Assembly (NCBI GenBank): GCA_963668675.2
Contig: CAXXMB010000002.1
Coordinates: 2,752,001-2,816,000, forward strand
Origin: an uncultured Desulfatitalea sp.
GTDB taxonomy: Bacteria > Desulfobacterota > Desulfobacteria > Desulfobacterales > Desulfosarcinaceae
Direction: 5' to 3'
Length of the DNA stretch: 64,000 bases
Shown: one piece after another, positions 56,795-64,000 of the stretch
Numbering within the stretch: position 1 is the first letter of the stretch
How the letters are laid out: each line of letters starts with the position of its first letter
The notes under the pieces: model-generated
Told to the model about the DNA's origin: nothing
Database searches by the model: none
The model's input: the letters and a program-made list of their open reading frames with translations, nothing else
Position numbers and translations under genes: made by a program

Positions 56795-58238
56795 AGGTAG
56801 ATTGGCGCGTCGCCATTTTGCGCGCCAGCGCAACGACACGCTCGGCACCGCCGTTCGCCTGGTACGATCTGATGATTTGCAGTTTCTCCGCCTCCAATGA
56901 CCCTTCCGCATGAATCGCCAGGACCTCTTGATAGGCCCCATACTCGGAGGCTGTCAGATCGCGGATGAAGTTCATCATGGCCATGCGCTGCTCTGCGCTT
57001 ACACCCTCGCGGCCGACCAAATACTTCTGCAGGTATCTTCGCGTCTCTTCGGTGGTCCAGTCTTCGTCCCCGGGGCCGGTTACCAGTATGCCGCCCGCAA
57101 GCTCCTGCAGATGCTGTACCGCTTCATGGTAGCCGTGCGCAAAGTGGCTTTTGGCGATGTTGACTGTCATCGGATCGGGGGCGACTTGACCGTTGGCTTT
57201 GGCCACACACCGTTTCGCTGCCGTCTGGGTCAGTGCGCGCAACGTTTCGGCGTAAGCAACGAGCTTGATCAGTTTCTCGCGAACGTGGGAGGCCTTCATA
57301 ATACCGTTATAATCCGCAATCGTCACCGCTGCGCCCACGATGGCGTCCACCAGGGGCAGTTTGTAAGAAACGGCGGTAAACCGATGGTACTCGACAAATG
57401 TCAGCGCCAGCGCTCCGGCCAGCGCCGTATCGCCATCCAGAAAAATCCGTTCGTTGGGCACGAAGACGTCATCGAAGACGGTCATGGTCTCCATCATCTT
57501 GTGACGGGCACTGATCGGCTGCTCACCTGGCCGGCTTTTTCCGTCGCCGAAGGGACTCGCCAGGAGCTTCACGCCGGGCGTGTTGGCCGGAACCGCAAAG
57601 GCAACACTCCAGTCCGCCTCTTGGGTGCCCATGGCGCGTGTGGGCAGCACAATGATGTCGTTGGCGTTCGGTGCCACTGAGGTGTGGATCTTGGCGCCGC
57701 GAACGACAATGCCATCCGAACGGCGCTCAACAACGCGCAGATAGAGGTCCGGGTCCGCCTGCTCCGAGGGGCGTTTCACCCGATCGCCCTTGACGTCCGT
57801 CTGCGCCGTGGCGAGCGCCAGATCGTTGTCGCGACAATACGCGTGGTAGGCGCGTACCCGTTGATGGTATACCGGATCATTCATCCCGGCGGTGACCGCA
57901 AGCAGGGCGAACAGGGCATCCGTTCCGATCTCCTTGATCAGCACGACGAGGGTATCGCCCTCAGCCGTTGCCGCCTCGATGAGGCGTGACCTCAACAGCA
58001 GGTCTTCTGCATTTTGCGGTATCTTGTAGTAGCGGCTGTATTCCTTTTCATTTTCGGTGACAACGGCCAATTCCCGGTATGTTTCGTCTTCCGCCATTTG
58101 AAAATCGATCGAGGCGTGCCGAACCGCTTTCCCGATGACCGGGTGCGAGGTGACATCCGGCACGCGCTCGCCCCTGAACCAGACCTCGCGGTCATCGCGG
58201 AGCGATTCCACATATTCGGCAACTGTTCTTAAGGCCAT
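56781..58238 (-). CDS. HpaB / 4-hydroxybutyryl-CoA dehydratase family flavoprotein
   Basis: YVESLRD, AQTDVKGDR, GIVVRGAKIH, VFDDVFVPNERIF. Confidence 0.88.
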   Translation of the reverse strand: MALRTVAEYVESLRDDREVWFRGERVPDVTSHPVIGKAVRHASIDFQMAEDETYRELAVVTENEKEYSRYYKIPQNAEDLLLRSRLIEAATAEGDTLVVLIKEIGTDALFALLAVTAGMNDPVYHQRVRAYHAYCRDNDLALATAQTDVKGDRVKRPSEQADPDLYLRVVERRSDGIVVRGAKIHTSVAPNANDIIVLPTRAMGTQEADWSVAFAVPANTPGVKLLASPFGDGKSRPGEQPISARHKMMETMTVFDDVFVPNERIFLDGDTALAGALALTFVEYHRFTAVSYKLPLVDAIVGAAVTIADYNGIMKASHVREKLIKLVAYAETLRALTQTAAKRCVAKANGQVAPDPMTVNIAKSHFAHGYHEAVQHLQELAGGILVTGPGDEDWTTEETRRYLQKYLVGREGVSAEQRMAMMNFIRDLTASEYGAYQEVLAIHAEGSLEAEKLQIIRSYQANGGAERVVALARKMATRQSTFTAA

Positions 58239-58544
58239 GGCATTTTCCTCCTGACTGTTTTGGCTTGGATTCTGCCTAAGCGTCAAGCGGGGTATAAATC
58301 AACGTAAGGCACGGCCCTCATGTGTCAATCAAGGCCACAATGATTCGGTAATATAGCTGAAAGGAGAGTCGGCCACGCGTGCTGAAACTACGTTTGCGAA
58401 AAAGCGGCGAACCTTGCTATACTTTAGCGATAAATTGAAATGCCGGGGCAGATTTGCACTTTTCTGTTTCGGTGGAAGTAAAGGGGGACTTGCCCCTTTC
58501 GTGGGTAGAAAAAAAAATTTAAAGGAGTTACCCAAAAAACCTTT

Positions 58545-59606
58545 ATGATGCGTTTTAACGTCCCATTTATCCTTGATGAGCAGTACATCGACGATCTGAA
58601 ACGGCTCGAGAGCAGATTGTATGCGGTCCACTTCAGCTTGCATCAACCCGTGCTGGCCGATGCCCGTGTTCGTCTCCATACCCAGGGCCTGCAGCCTTTA
58701 ATCAATGGGCTGCAACAGATTCCCGGGGTAAAAAAATATCTGCTGGCCAACGCCCGCTTCCAATCGGCCGAAAACTATCGGGCCGGAGGCGCCCTGTCAC
58801 GTTTAATCGCTTGCCTGGAGCAGTTGATGGCCGGAGGTGTTCTTCACGGTATCATTTTCTCTGATGGATACTTTTTAAGGGCCCTTTCCGATGCAGCGCC
58901 GCACTTGGCGGCCCGATTGGAAGCCATACCCAGCATTAACTTCATGATCGATTCGGCTGAACGGTTGGAAGCGGTTATGGCGATCCTAAACGGCAGTCGT
59001 TTTCTTCCGCCGGACAAGATCCCCCTGGACCGCGCATTGAATCGGCGTCCGGAGTCACTTCGAGATCTGGCTGCCGTCATTCGCGAGCGCTATCCAGAGA
59101 CGCACGTCGAGTTGCTGGCCAACGAAGGCTGCCTCAATCACTGTGCTTTCCGGGGTACACACGAAGCGCTCATCGCAGCCGCCAACGTTGGGGCGCCCAT
59201 CGATACGTTTCGATTGAACCGCGATCTCGGGTGCGTCCGCATCTTGTCCGAAACACCCCATTGCGTTCTATCCTCCCCCTTTATCCGGCCGGAAGATCTT
59301 TCACGCTATGCCGATGCTACCGATATTATTAAAATTTGCGGCCGCACCCTGGGCAGCAGGTTTCTGCGGCGCGCGGTGGCGGCTTATGCTGCCGAACGAT
59401 ACGAGGGCAATCTTCTGGACCTGCTCGATGCGGCCAACTGGATGACTCAACACTGGGATCTGCCCAACAGCAAACTGCCGGAGGGACTGATAGAACGACT
59501 TACCACCTGCGATCAAAACTGCAGCGCATGTACGGTCTGCCGCGAGCTGTTTCAGCAACACGCCCGCGCGCTGGCGGTGAACCTGCAAACATTCGAACGG
59601 ACGTGA
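58545..59606 (+). CDS. Peptidase U32-like Fe-S protein
   Basis: LLANEGCLNHC, FIRPEDL, IKICGR, CDQNCSACTVC. Confidence 0.75.
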   Translation: MMRFNVPFILDEQYIDDLKRLESRLYAVHFSLHQPVLADARVRLHTQGLQPLINGLQQIPGVKKYLLANARFQSAENYRAGGALSRLIACLEQLMAGGVLHGIIFSDGYFLRALSDAAPHLAARLEAIPSINFMIDSAERLEAVMAILNGSRFLPPDKIPLDRALNRRPESLRDLAAVIRERYPETHVELLANEGCLNHCAFRGTHEALIAAANVGAPIDTFRLNRDLGCVRILSETPHCVLSSPFIRPEDLSRYADATDIIKICGRTLGSRFLRRAVAAYAAERYEGNLLDLLDAANWMTQHWDLPNSKLPEGLIERLTTCDQNCSACTVCRELFQQHARALAVNLQTFERT

Positions 59607-59707
59607 TCCAGCAATTTACGATATAAAATGCAGTTTCAGGATCTGATCGGCCCTTTTCCGCTCCATTGAGATACGCCGGATATTTTTTTATGCACGGTCC
59701 CTAAAGG

Positions 59708-60226
59708 TCAGGGCTTTTTCACCTCTTTCGCCTGAGCCTCTAAAATAATCTCTGTGGTCATCCTGGCCACTTCGCCAACGAGGGTCGAGCAGGTGTCCAG
59801 CATACCTGCCTTGACGGCGGCCTTCATCTCCTCCGGATCATACAGATTGTAAAAGCGTCCAAAGAACGATTTCTGCAAATCGACACATCGGCACGTGCCG
59901 TACTTTTCGATAAACCGGTCATGCAGTTTTTTCGAGAGCAAATTGGCTTTGACCAGCTTCATCATATCGCCGAAATCTTCTTTCGTCCGACCGAAAAAGT
60001 AGCCGATGGCAAGGACGCCGCCGGATAGCGCACCGCAGTGACCGTCGCCAGTCAGGCCGACACCGTCTGCCAGACCCGTAGCAGCCTTGAAAATATCATT
60101 ATTCTCAACGCCGAGGGCATCGAAAATGCCCGCCAAGGAGCATTGGGAGCACCCGCCGCTTCGCATCTCATACTGTTTCGCCTTGTTAAATGCCAATTCC
60201 GAAATTTCAGCACGATCCACTACCAT
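59708..60226 (-). CDS. C-GCAxxG-C-C family redox protein
   Basis: CSQ, CGALSGG, CRC, C-terminal Cys. Confidence 0.88.
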   Translation of the reverse strand: MVVDRAEISELAFNKAKQYEMRSGGCSQCSLAGIFDALGVENNDIFKAATGLADGVGLTGDGHCGALSGGVLAIGYFFGRTKEDFGDMMKLVKANLLSKKLHDRFIEKYGTCRCVDLQKSFFGRFYNLYDPEEMKAAVKAGMLDTCSTLVGEVARMTTEIILEAQAKEVKKP

Positions 60227-60305
60227 AGCAACATCTCCTTCTTGATTTATGGGCCGTCACCGGACCGACAACCTTGACCATCCGCTCAAAGGGCCTTGGT
60301 CTTGT

Positions 60306-60599
60306 TTACAACTTCGACTCCACAGAGGCAACCTTACTGTTCATCCCACTGGTGCGATTTTTCCGGTAGTCGGCTTTCATCGTAAGGTAGACGCGGTCAC
60401 AATCTTTTTGCAATGCGCGAAAGCACTGATCGACGACGTCGAGAACCGCGGGCCAGTCACCCTCGATGCAGGTTCCCATGGGATTCAACGCATAGGGGAG
60501 CCCGCTGCTTTCGATGACCTTGATAATCCTGGCAACATAGGCACTGACGCTCATGCCCTTATCGGTGGGAAAGATGGAAAGTTCTACGATTACACTCAT
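60306..60599 (-). CDS. MTH1187/YkoF family thiamine-binding protein
   Basis: ELSIFP...SVSAYVA...PMGTCIEG...KADYR. Confidence 0.9.
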   Translation of the reverse strand: MSVIVELSIFPTDKGMSVSAYVARIIKVIESSGLPYALNPMGTCIEGDWPAVLDVVDQCFRALQKDCDRVYLTMKADYRKNRTSGMNSKVASVESKL

Positions 60600-60676
60600 C
60601 GGGGACCTCACTTCCTGTTTCGTAGTGGATTCGCCACTACTTCACGCCCTTCCTGCGGATATGTTTCCATATCAAA

Positions 60677-61303
60677 TCAAGTGCAGACATAGATTTTTGA
60701 TTTGCCTGTAACCGTTGTGGCTTTTGTAACCTTGGTGAAATGCTGTTCGAGAAAATGCTTCTCGTGTTTCAAAATCTGTATGGCTCTCTCCCGACCCATT
60801 GACATAAGGCGGACATAGAAGAGCAGTCGCACGAACCGATTTTCCGGCACTTCATGCTCCATCATCAAAAACGGCTTTCCCGGCTGGAGGCACCGCTTGA
60901 CCTCCTCAAGGGTATTGGCCTGTGTGGCTTCCTGCAGTTCATAAAAGGCATGGGAGCAGGTGACGGCAGCAAAAATGCCTTTCTTGAACGGCAGCCGGCT
61001 GCAATCCGCCTGGACCAGACAAACCCGGACATTGCCTCGCGGTTTTTTCCTCGCTGCCTTGAGCATTCCCGACGAAAAATCGAGCCCCACAACCAAGCCA
61101 GTGTCGCCGATCCGATCAGCCAGCGGCCGAAGCGCCGCCCCGGTGCCCGTGCAGATGTCGAGCACCATATCCCCCGGTTCAGCGCCTGTGTGTCCGGCAA
61201 GAGTGTCACGCAAAACGTTTCGTTTGTCGGTAGCGTGCATGGCGACAAAATGGTCATAGAATTTCGAAAACAGGTCATAGTATTTTTGTCTGAATTTGCG
61301 CAT
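60677..61303 (-). CDS. Class I SAM methyltransferase (UbiE-like)
   Basis: VLDICTGTG, GLDFSSGML, LPF, LQPG. Confidence 0.88.
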   Translation of the reverse strand: MRKFRQKYYDLFSKFYDHFVAMHATDKRNVLRDTLAGHTGAEPGDMVLDICTGTGAALRPLADRIGDTGLVVGLDFSSGMLKAARKKPRGNVRVCLVQADCSRLPFKKGIFAAVTCSHAFYELQEATQANTLEEVKRCLQPGKPFLMMEHEVPENRFVRLLFYVRLMSMGRERAIQILKHEKHFLEQHFTKVTKATTVTGKSKIYVCT

Positions 61304-61540
61304 AGCGAATAGTTCCTCGCGCATCTCGATGTTTCGATGGTTCACCCGGAAATGGGATGTTGCGCATTTACATGCTTTCAATACCCCGTTCTGTGGTAAT
61401 TGCGCAACTTTGTTCCTGAATTTTTCCGGTTATTGCATTGCTGGTAAAGATTCATATTGTGTTTGGCAAAAACAGGAGATGAAGAGGTCACCGGGCGGTG
61501 AACGCCTGAATCGCTCTCAAGTCAGAAAGGTGGAAAAACC

Positions 61541-62605
61541 ATGAACAGGTTGTTTTCAACATTCAAGCTGCGAGATATCGAATTCAAAAACAGAGTTTTC
61601 GTATCGCCGATGTGCCAATACTCGAGTCGGGATGGATTGCCCACCGACTGGCACCAGGTGCATCTTGGAAGCCGTGCAGTGGGTGGTGCCGCACTGGTCA
61701 TGGTTGAGGCCACTGCGGTCTCCCCGGAAGGACGGATATCGCCCTTCGACAGTGGCATATGGACTGACAAGCACGCACAGCAATTTCAGCAGATCACCCA
61801 ATTCATGCAGAGCCAAAACTGCGCTCCGGCGGTCCAGCTGGCGCATGCAGGACGCAAGGCCTCTACCGATGCCCCCTGGCGAGGCGGCAAGCCCCTTGGC
61901 GAGGATGCCAACGGCTGGCAGCCTATCGCCCCTAGCCCCATCGCTTTCGACGCGGGTTACCCGGTTCCTCGCGAAATGACGCCTCAGGATATCCAGGATG
62001 TCGTCGATCAGTTCGTTTCCGCCGCCCGCAGAAGTTTGACCGCGGGTTTTCAGGTGGTTGAGCTGCACATGGCCCACGGATACCTGCTGCATGAATTTTT
62101 ATCGCCCCTTTCGAACCATCGTACCGATCATTATGGTGGTGCTTTGGAAAACCGGGTTCGCCTGCCGCTGGAAATCGCCGAGGCTGTTCGAAGCGTATGG
62201 CCGCAAGAGCTTCCCCTGTTCGTTCGTATTTCCTGCACCGACTGGGCAGACGGTGGATGGGACTTGGAACAGTCCATCGAATTATGCAAGCAGCTTAAAA
62301 AGGTGGGGGTCGACCTGATCGATTGCTCCAGTGGTGCATTGGTGCCCCATGCCAAAATACCGGCCGGCCCCGGCTTTCAGATCCCCTTTGCGGCAGCGAT
62401 CAAACGAGCAGCGGACATCGCTACTGGTAGCGTCGGCCTGATCACCAGCGCCCACCAGGCCGAACAGACAGTGGCCACCGGTCAGTCGGACGTTGTGCTG
62501 TTGGGCCGGGAAATGCTTCGCGATCCCTATTGGCCGCTGCACGCCGCCAAGGCCCTAAATGCCGAGATCGACTGGCCTGTGCAGTATGAACGGGGAAGGG
62601 GGTAG
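61541..62605 (+). CDS. Old yellow enzyme NADH:flavin oxidoreductase (YqjM/NamA-like)
   Basis: SPMCQYS, QLAHAGRKAS, HMAHGYLLHEFLSP, GREMLRDPYW. Confidence 0.95.
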   Translation: MNRLFSTFKLRDIEFKNRVFVSPMCQYSSRDGLPTDWHQVHLGSRAVGGAALVMVEATAVSPEGRISPFDSGIWTDKHAQQFQQITQFMQSQNCAPAVQLAHAGRKASTDAPWRGGKPLGEDANGWQPIAPSPIAFDAGYPVPREMTPQDIQDVVDQFVSAARRSLTAGFQVVELHMAHGYLLHEFLSPLSNHRTDHYGGALENRVRLPLEIAEAVRSVWPQELPLFVRISCTDWADGGWDLEQSIELCKQLKKVGVDLIDCSSGALVPHAKIPAGPGFQIPFAAAIKRAADIATGSVGLITSAHQAEQTVATGQSDVVLLGREMLRDPYWPLHAAKALNAEIDWPVQYERGRG

Positions 62606-62620
62606 GGAGGAGGAGTTGAA

Positions 62621-62660
62621 GCAGGGAGCGCTTTATGGGAAAGCGCCCCCCTGGCATTTT
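62621..62660. terminator. Hairpin between convergent genes
   Basis: CAGGGAGCGCTTT-atggg-AAAGCGCCCCCCTG followed by TTTT. Confidence 0.45.
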
Positions 62661-63172
62661 TAGTTAATTGTCACCACGGAATATCCTTGCGCCTGATAAC
62701 CGACGATGGAAATGAAGCCGTTGCCTACATGATCCACCTCCGGCAACACGGAACCAGGGTCTACGCCCAGTACTTTCAAGGCATAGTCGCAGACCTCTAA
62801 GCGTACACCTTCTTTCTTCATTTGCCGGATCATGCTGGCGAACTTATCCAACGCCTCATTATCAACAGCGTTAAATCCCTCACGATCTGTTGAAATCATT
62901 TTGACCGCCGGGCCATGGAACACAACCGCAACTTGCGGTGGTTTTGAAAGTGAACGAACGCTTGCATCATCATTTACGTTTTTCACAGCCCAAAAAACAA
63001 TGTTGGCTGTCTGGGGGGATCCCAGGCTGACATCAAAAACGGCCTTGACGCGTTTAACCCCGTCGAGGGCGGCGTAATCACCCGATAGCGCAGGTGTCGT
63101 AATCAATGCGATGGCCAACGCTATACCTGCGATGACGGAGCGACGGGCAAACGAATTCGTGTTTTGGTTCAT
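62660..63172 (-). CDS. Exported DsrE-family protein
   Basis: Signal peptide; VVFHGPAV; EVC; YQAQGY; AAGGAG RBS. Confidence 0.82.
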   Translation of the reverse strand: MNQNTNSFARRSVIAGIALAIALITTPALSGDYAALDGVKRVKAVFDVSLGSPQTANIVFWAVKNVNDDASVRSLSKPPQVAVVFHGPAVKMISTDREGFNAVDNEALDKFASMIRQMKKEGVRLEVCDYALKVLGVDPGSVLPEVDHVGNGFISIVGYQAQGYSVVTIN

Positions 63173-63422
63173 GGCGATTCTCCTTTTATTGGCCTGCAGG
63201 CCTTGTTGCCTTGTGGAAATCGAATAGGTAGAGTAGGAGAGTAACACCCCATTGGTTATTGTAAAGCCATCACCTTCATAAGTCAGATGCATCAAGGGCA
63301 GACTCGATCCTTCTACCTTCTACTCTATTGACCGACAGGATGGCTTAACGTAAAATTTATAAATCATCTTCCATCCCGATGGCATCTTAACACCCCAAAA
63401 TGACGAGGTGACGATTAGGCTC

Positions 63423-64000
63423 ATGAAAAAGACAACCCTATTGGCAGACGGACTAGGCTTTCCGGAAGGGCCGCGATGGCACGAAGGCAAATTGTGGTTT
63501 TCGGATTTTCGTACAAAAAAAGTGATGACAGTTGATCTTGAGGGAACGCTCCAGACAATCGCTGAGGTGCCCGGCCAACCTTCGGGTCTGGGGTGGCTGC
63601 CTGACAATAGTCTGCTTGTGATTTCCATGACCGACCGGCAGTTGTTAAGGTTGCATGAAGAAGAAATGACGCTGTTCGCGGATTTGAGCGATCTGGCCTC
63701 ATTTCATTGCAATGATATGGTCGTCGATTCGAAGGGAAATGCCTACATCGGAAATTTCGGAGCCCCCATTGCGACGCCGGCTGCAAAACTTGCGGAAATC
63801 ATTCTGGTAAAACCAGATGGAGACAAGCGTGTTGTCGCCAAAGATATGGCCTTCCCAAATGGAAGCATTATCACACCAGATGAAAAGACCTATGTCGTTG
63901 GGGAAACCTATGCTTCGCGCTTGACCGCTTTTGATATCGAAGCAGATGGATCCCTGGCCAATCGGCGGATATGGGCTCAGTTTGACAGCCTTGGTATTGT
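63423..64000 (+). CDS. SMP-30/gluconolactonase family protein (runs off the window)
   Basis: Hand translation MKKTTLLADGLGFPEGPRWHEGKLWFSD...CNDMVVD...FPNG. Confidence 0.9.
   Translation, partial: MKKTTLLADGLGFPEGPRWHEGKLWFSDFRTKKVMTVDLEGTLQTIAEVPGQPSGLGWLPDNSLLVISMTDRQLLRLHEEEMTLFADLSDLASFHCNDMVVDSKGNAYIGNFGAPIATPAAKLAEIILVKPDGDKRVVAKDMAFPNGSIITPDEKTYVVGETYASRLTAFDIEADGSLANRRIWAQFDSLGI

Noticed and set aside
59708..60226. Possible selenoprotein recoding in the C-GCAxxG-C-C protein
   Set aside because: Motif positions are Cys codons; no in-frame TGA is needed.
1..64000. tRNA, rRNA, CRISPR or prophage
   Set aside because: No cloverleaf, rRNA-like tract, repeat-spacer array or phage structural gene was recognised by eye.

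Overview
Gene-dense accessory and metabolic chromosomal region. Gene content (DUF362/polyferredoxin cluster, PocR hybrid kinase, C-GCAxxG-C-C protein, B12 radical SAM) suggests an anaerobic deltaproteobacterium, probably Desulfobacterales; this is inference only. I found about 60 CDS, mostly redox enzymes, hydrolases and exported proteins, and no rRNA, tRNA or CRISPR array. Main points: (1) an intact IS3-family element splits the ABC-F gene uup and carries an unusually structured leader; (2) a MITE/palindromic repeat family of about 150 bp occurs in four copies, one supplying the C-terminus of a DUF1127 protein and one abutting an acyl-CoA-ligase remnant; (3) a cysteine-protease cluster holds a papain-like lipoprotein, a secreted partner and a 1276-aa signal-less gingipain(C25)/beta-propeller/Zn-finger protein, next to a DUF4412-VWA repeat protein; (4) an orphan ParA is followed by an FN3-like protein with a basic N-terminus instead of ParB; (5) two unannotated microproteins have strong RBSs; (6) an HpaB/AbfD-family flavoprotein lacks the Fe-S cysteines and sits divergent from a U32 protein. 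Family calls come from motif recognition by eye; no database search was run.
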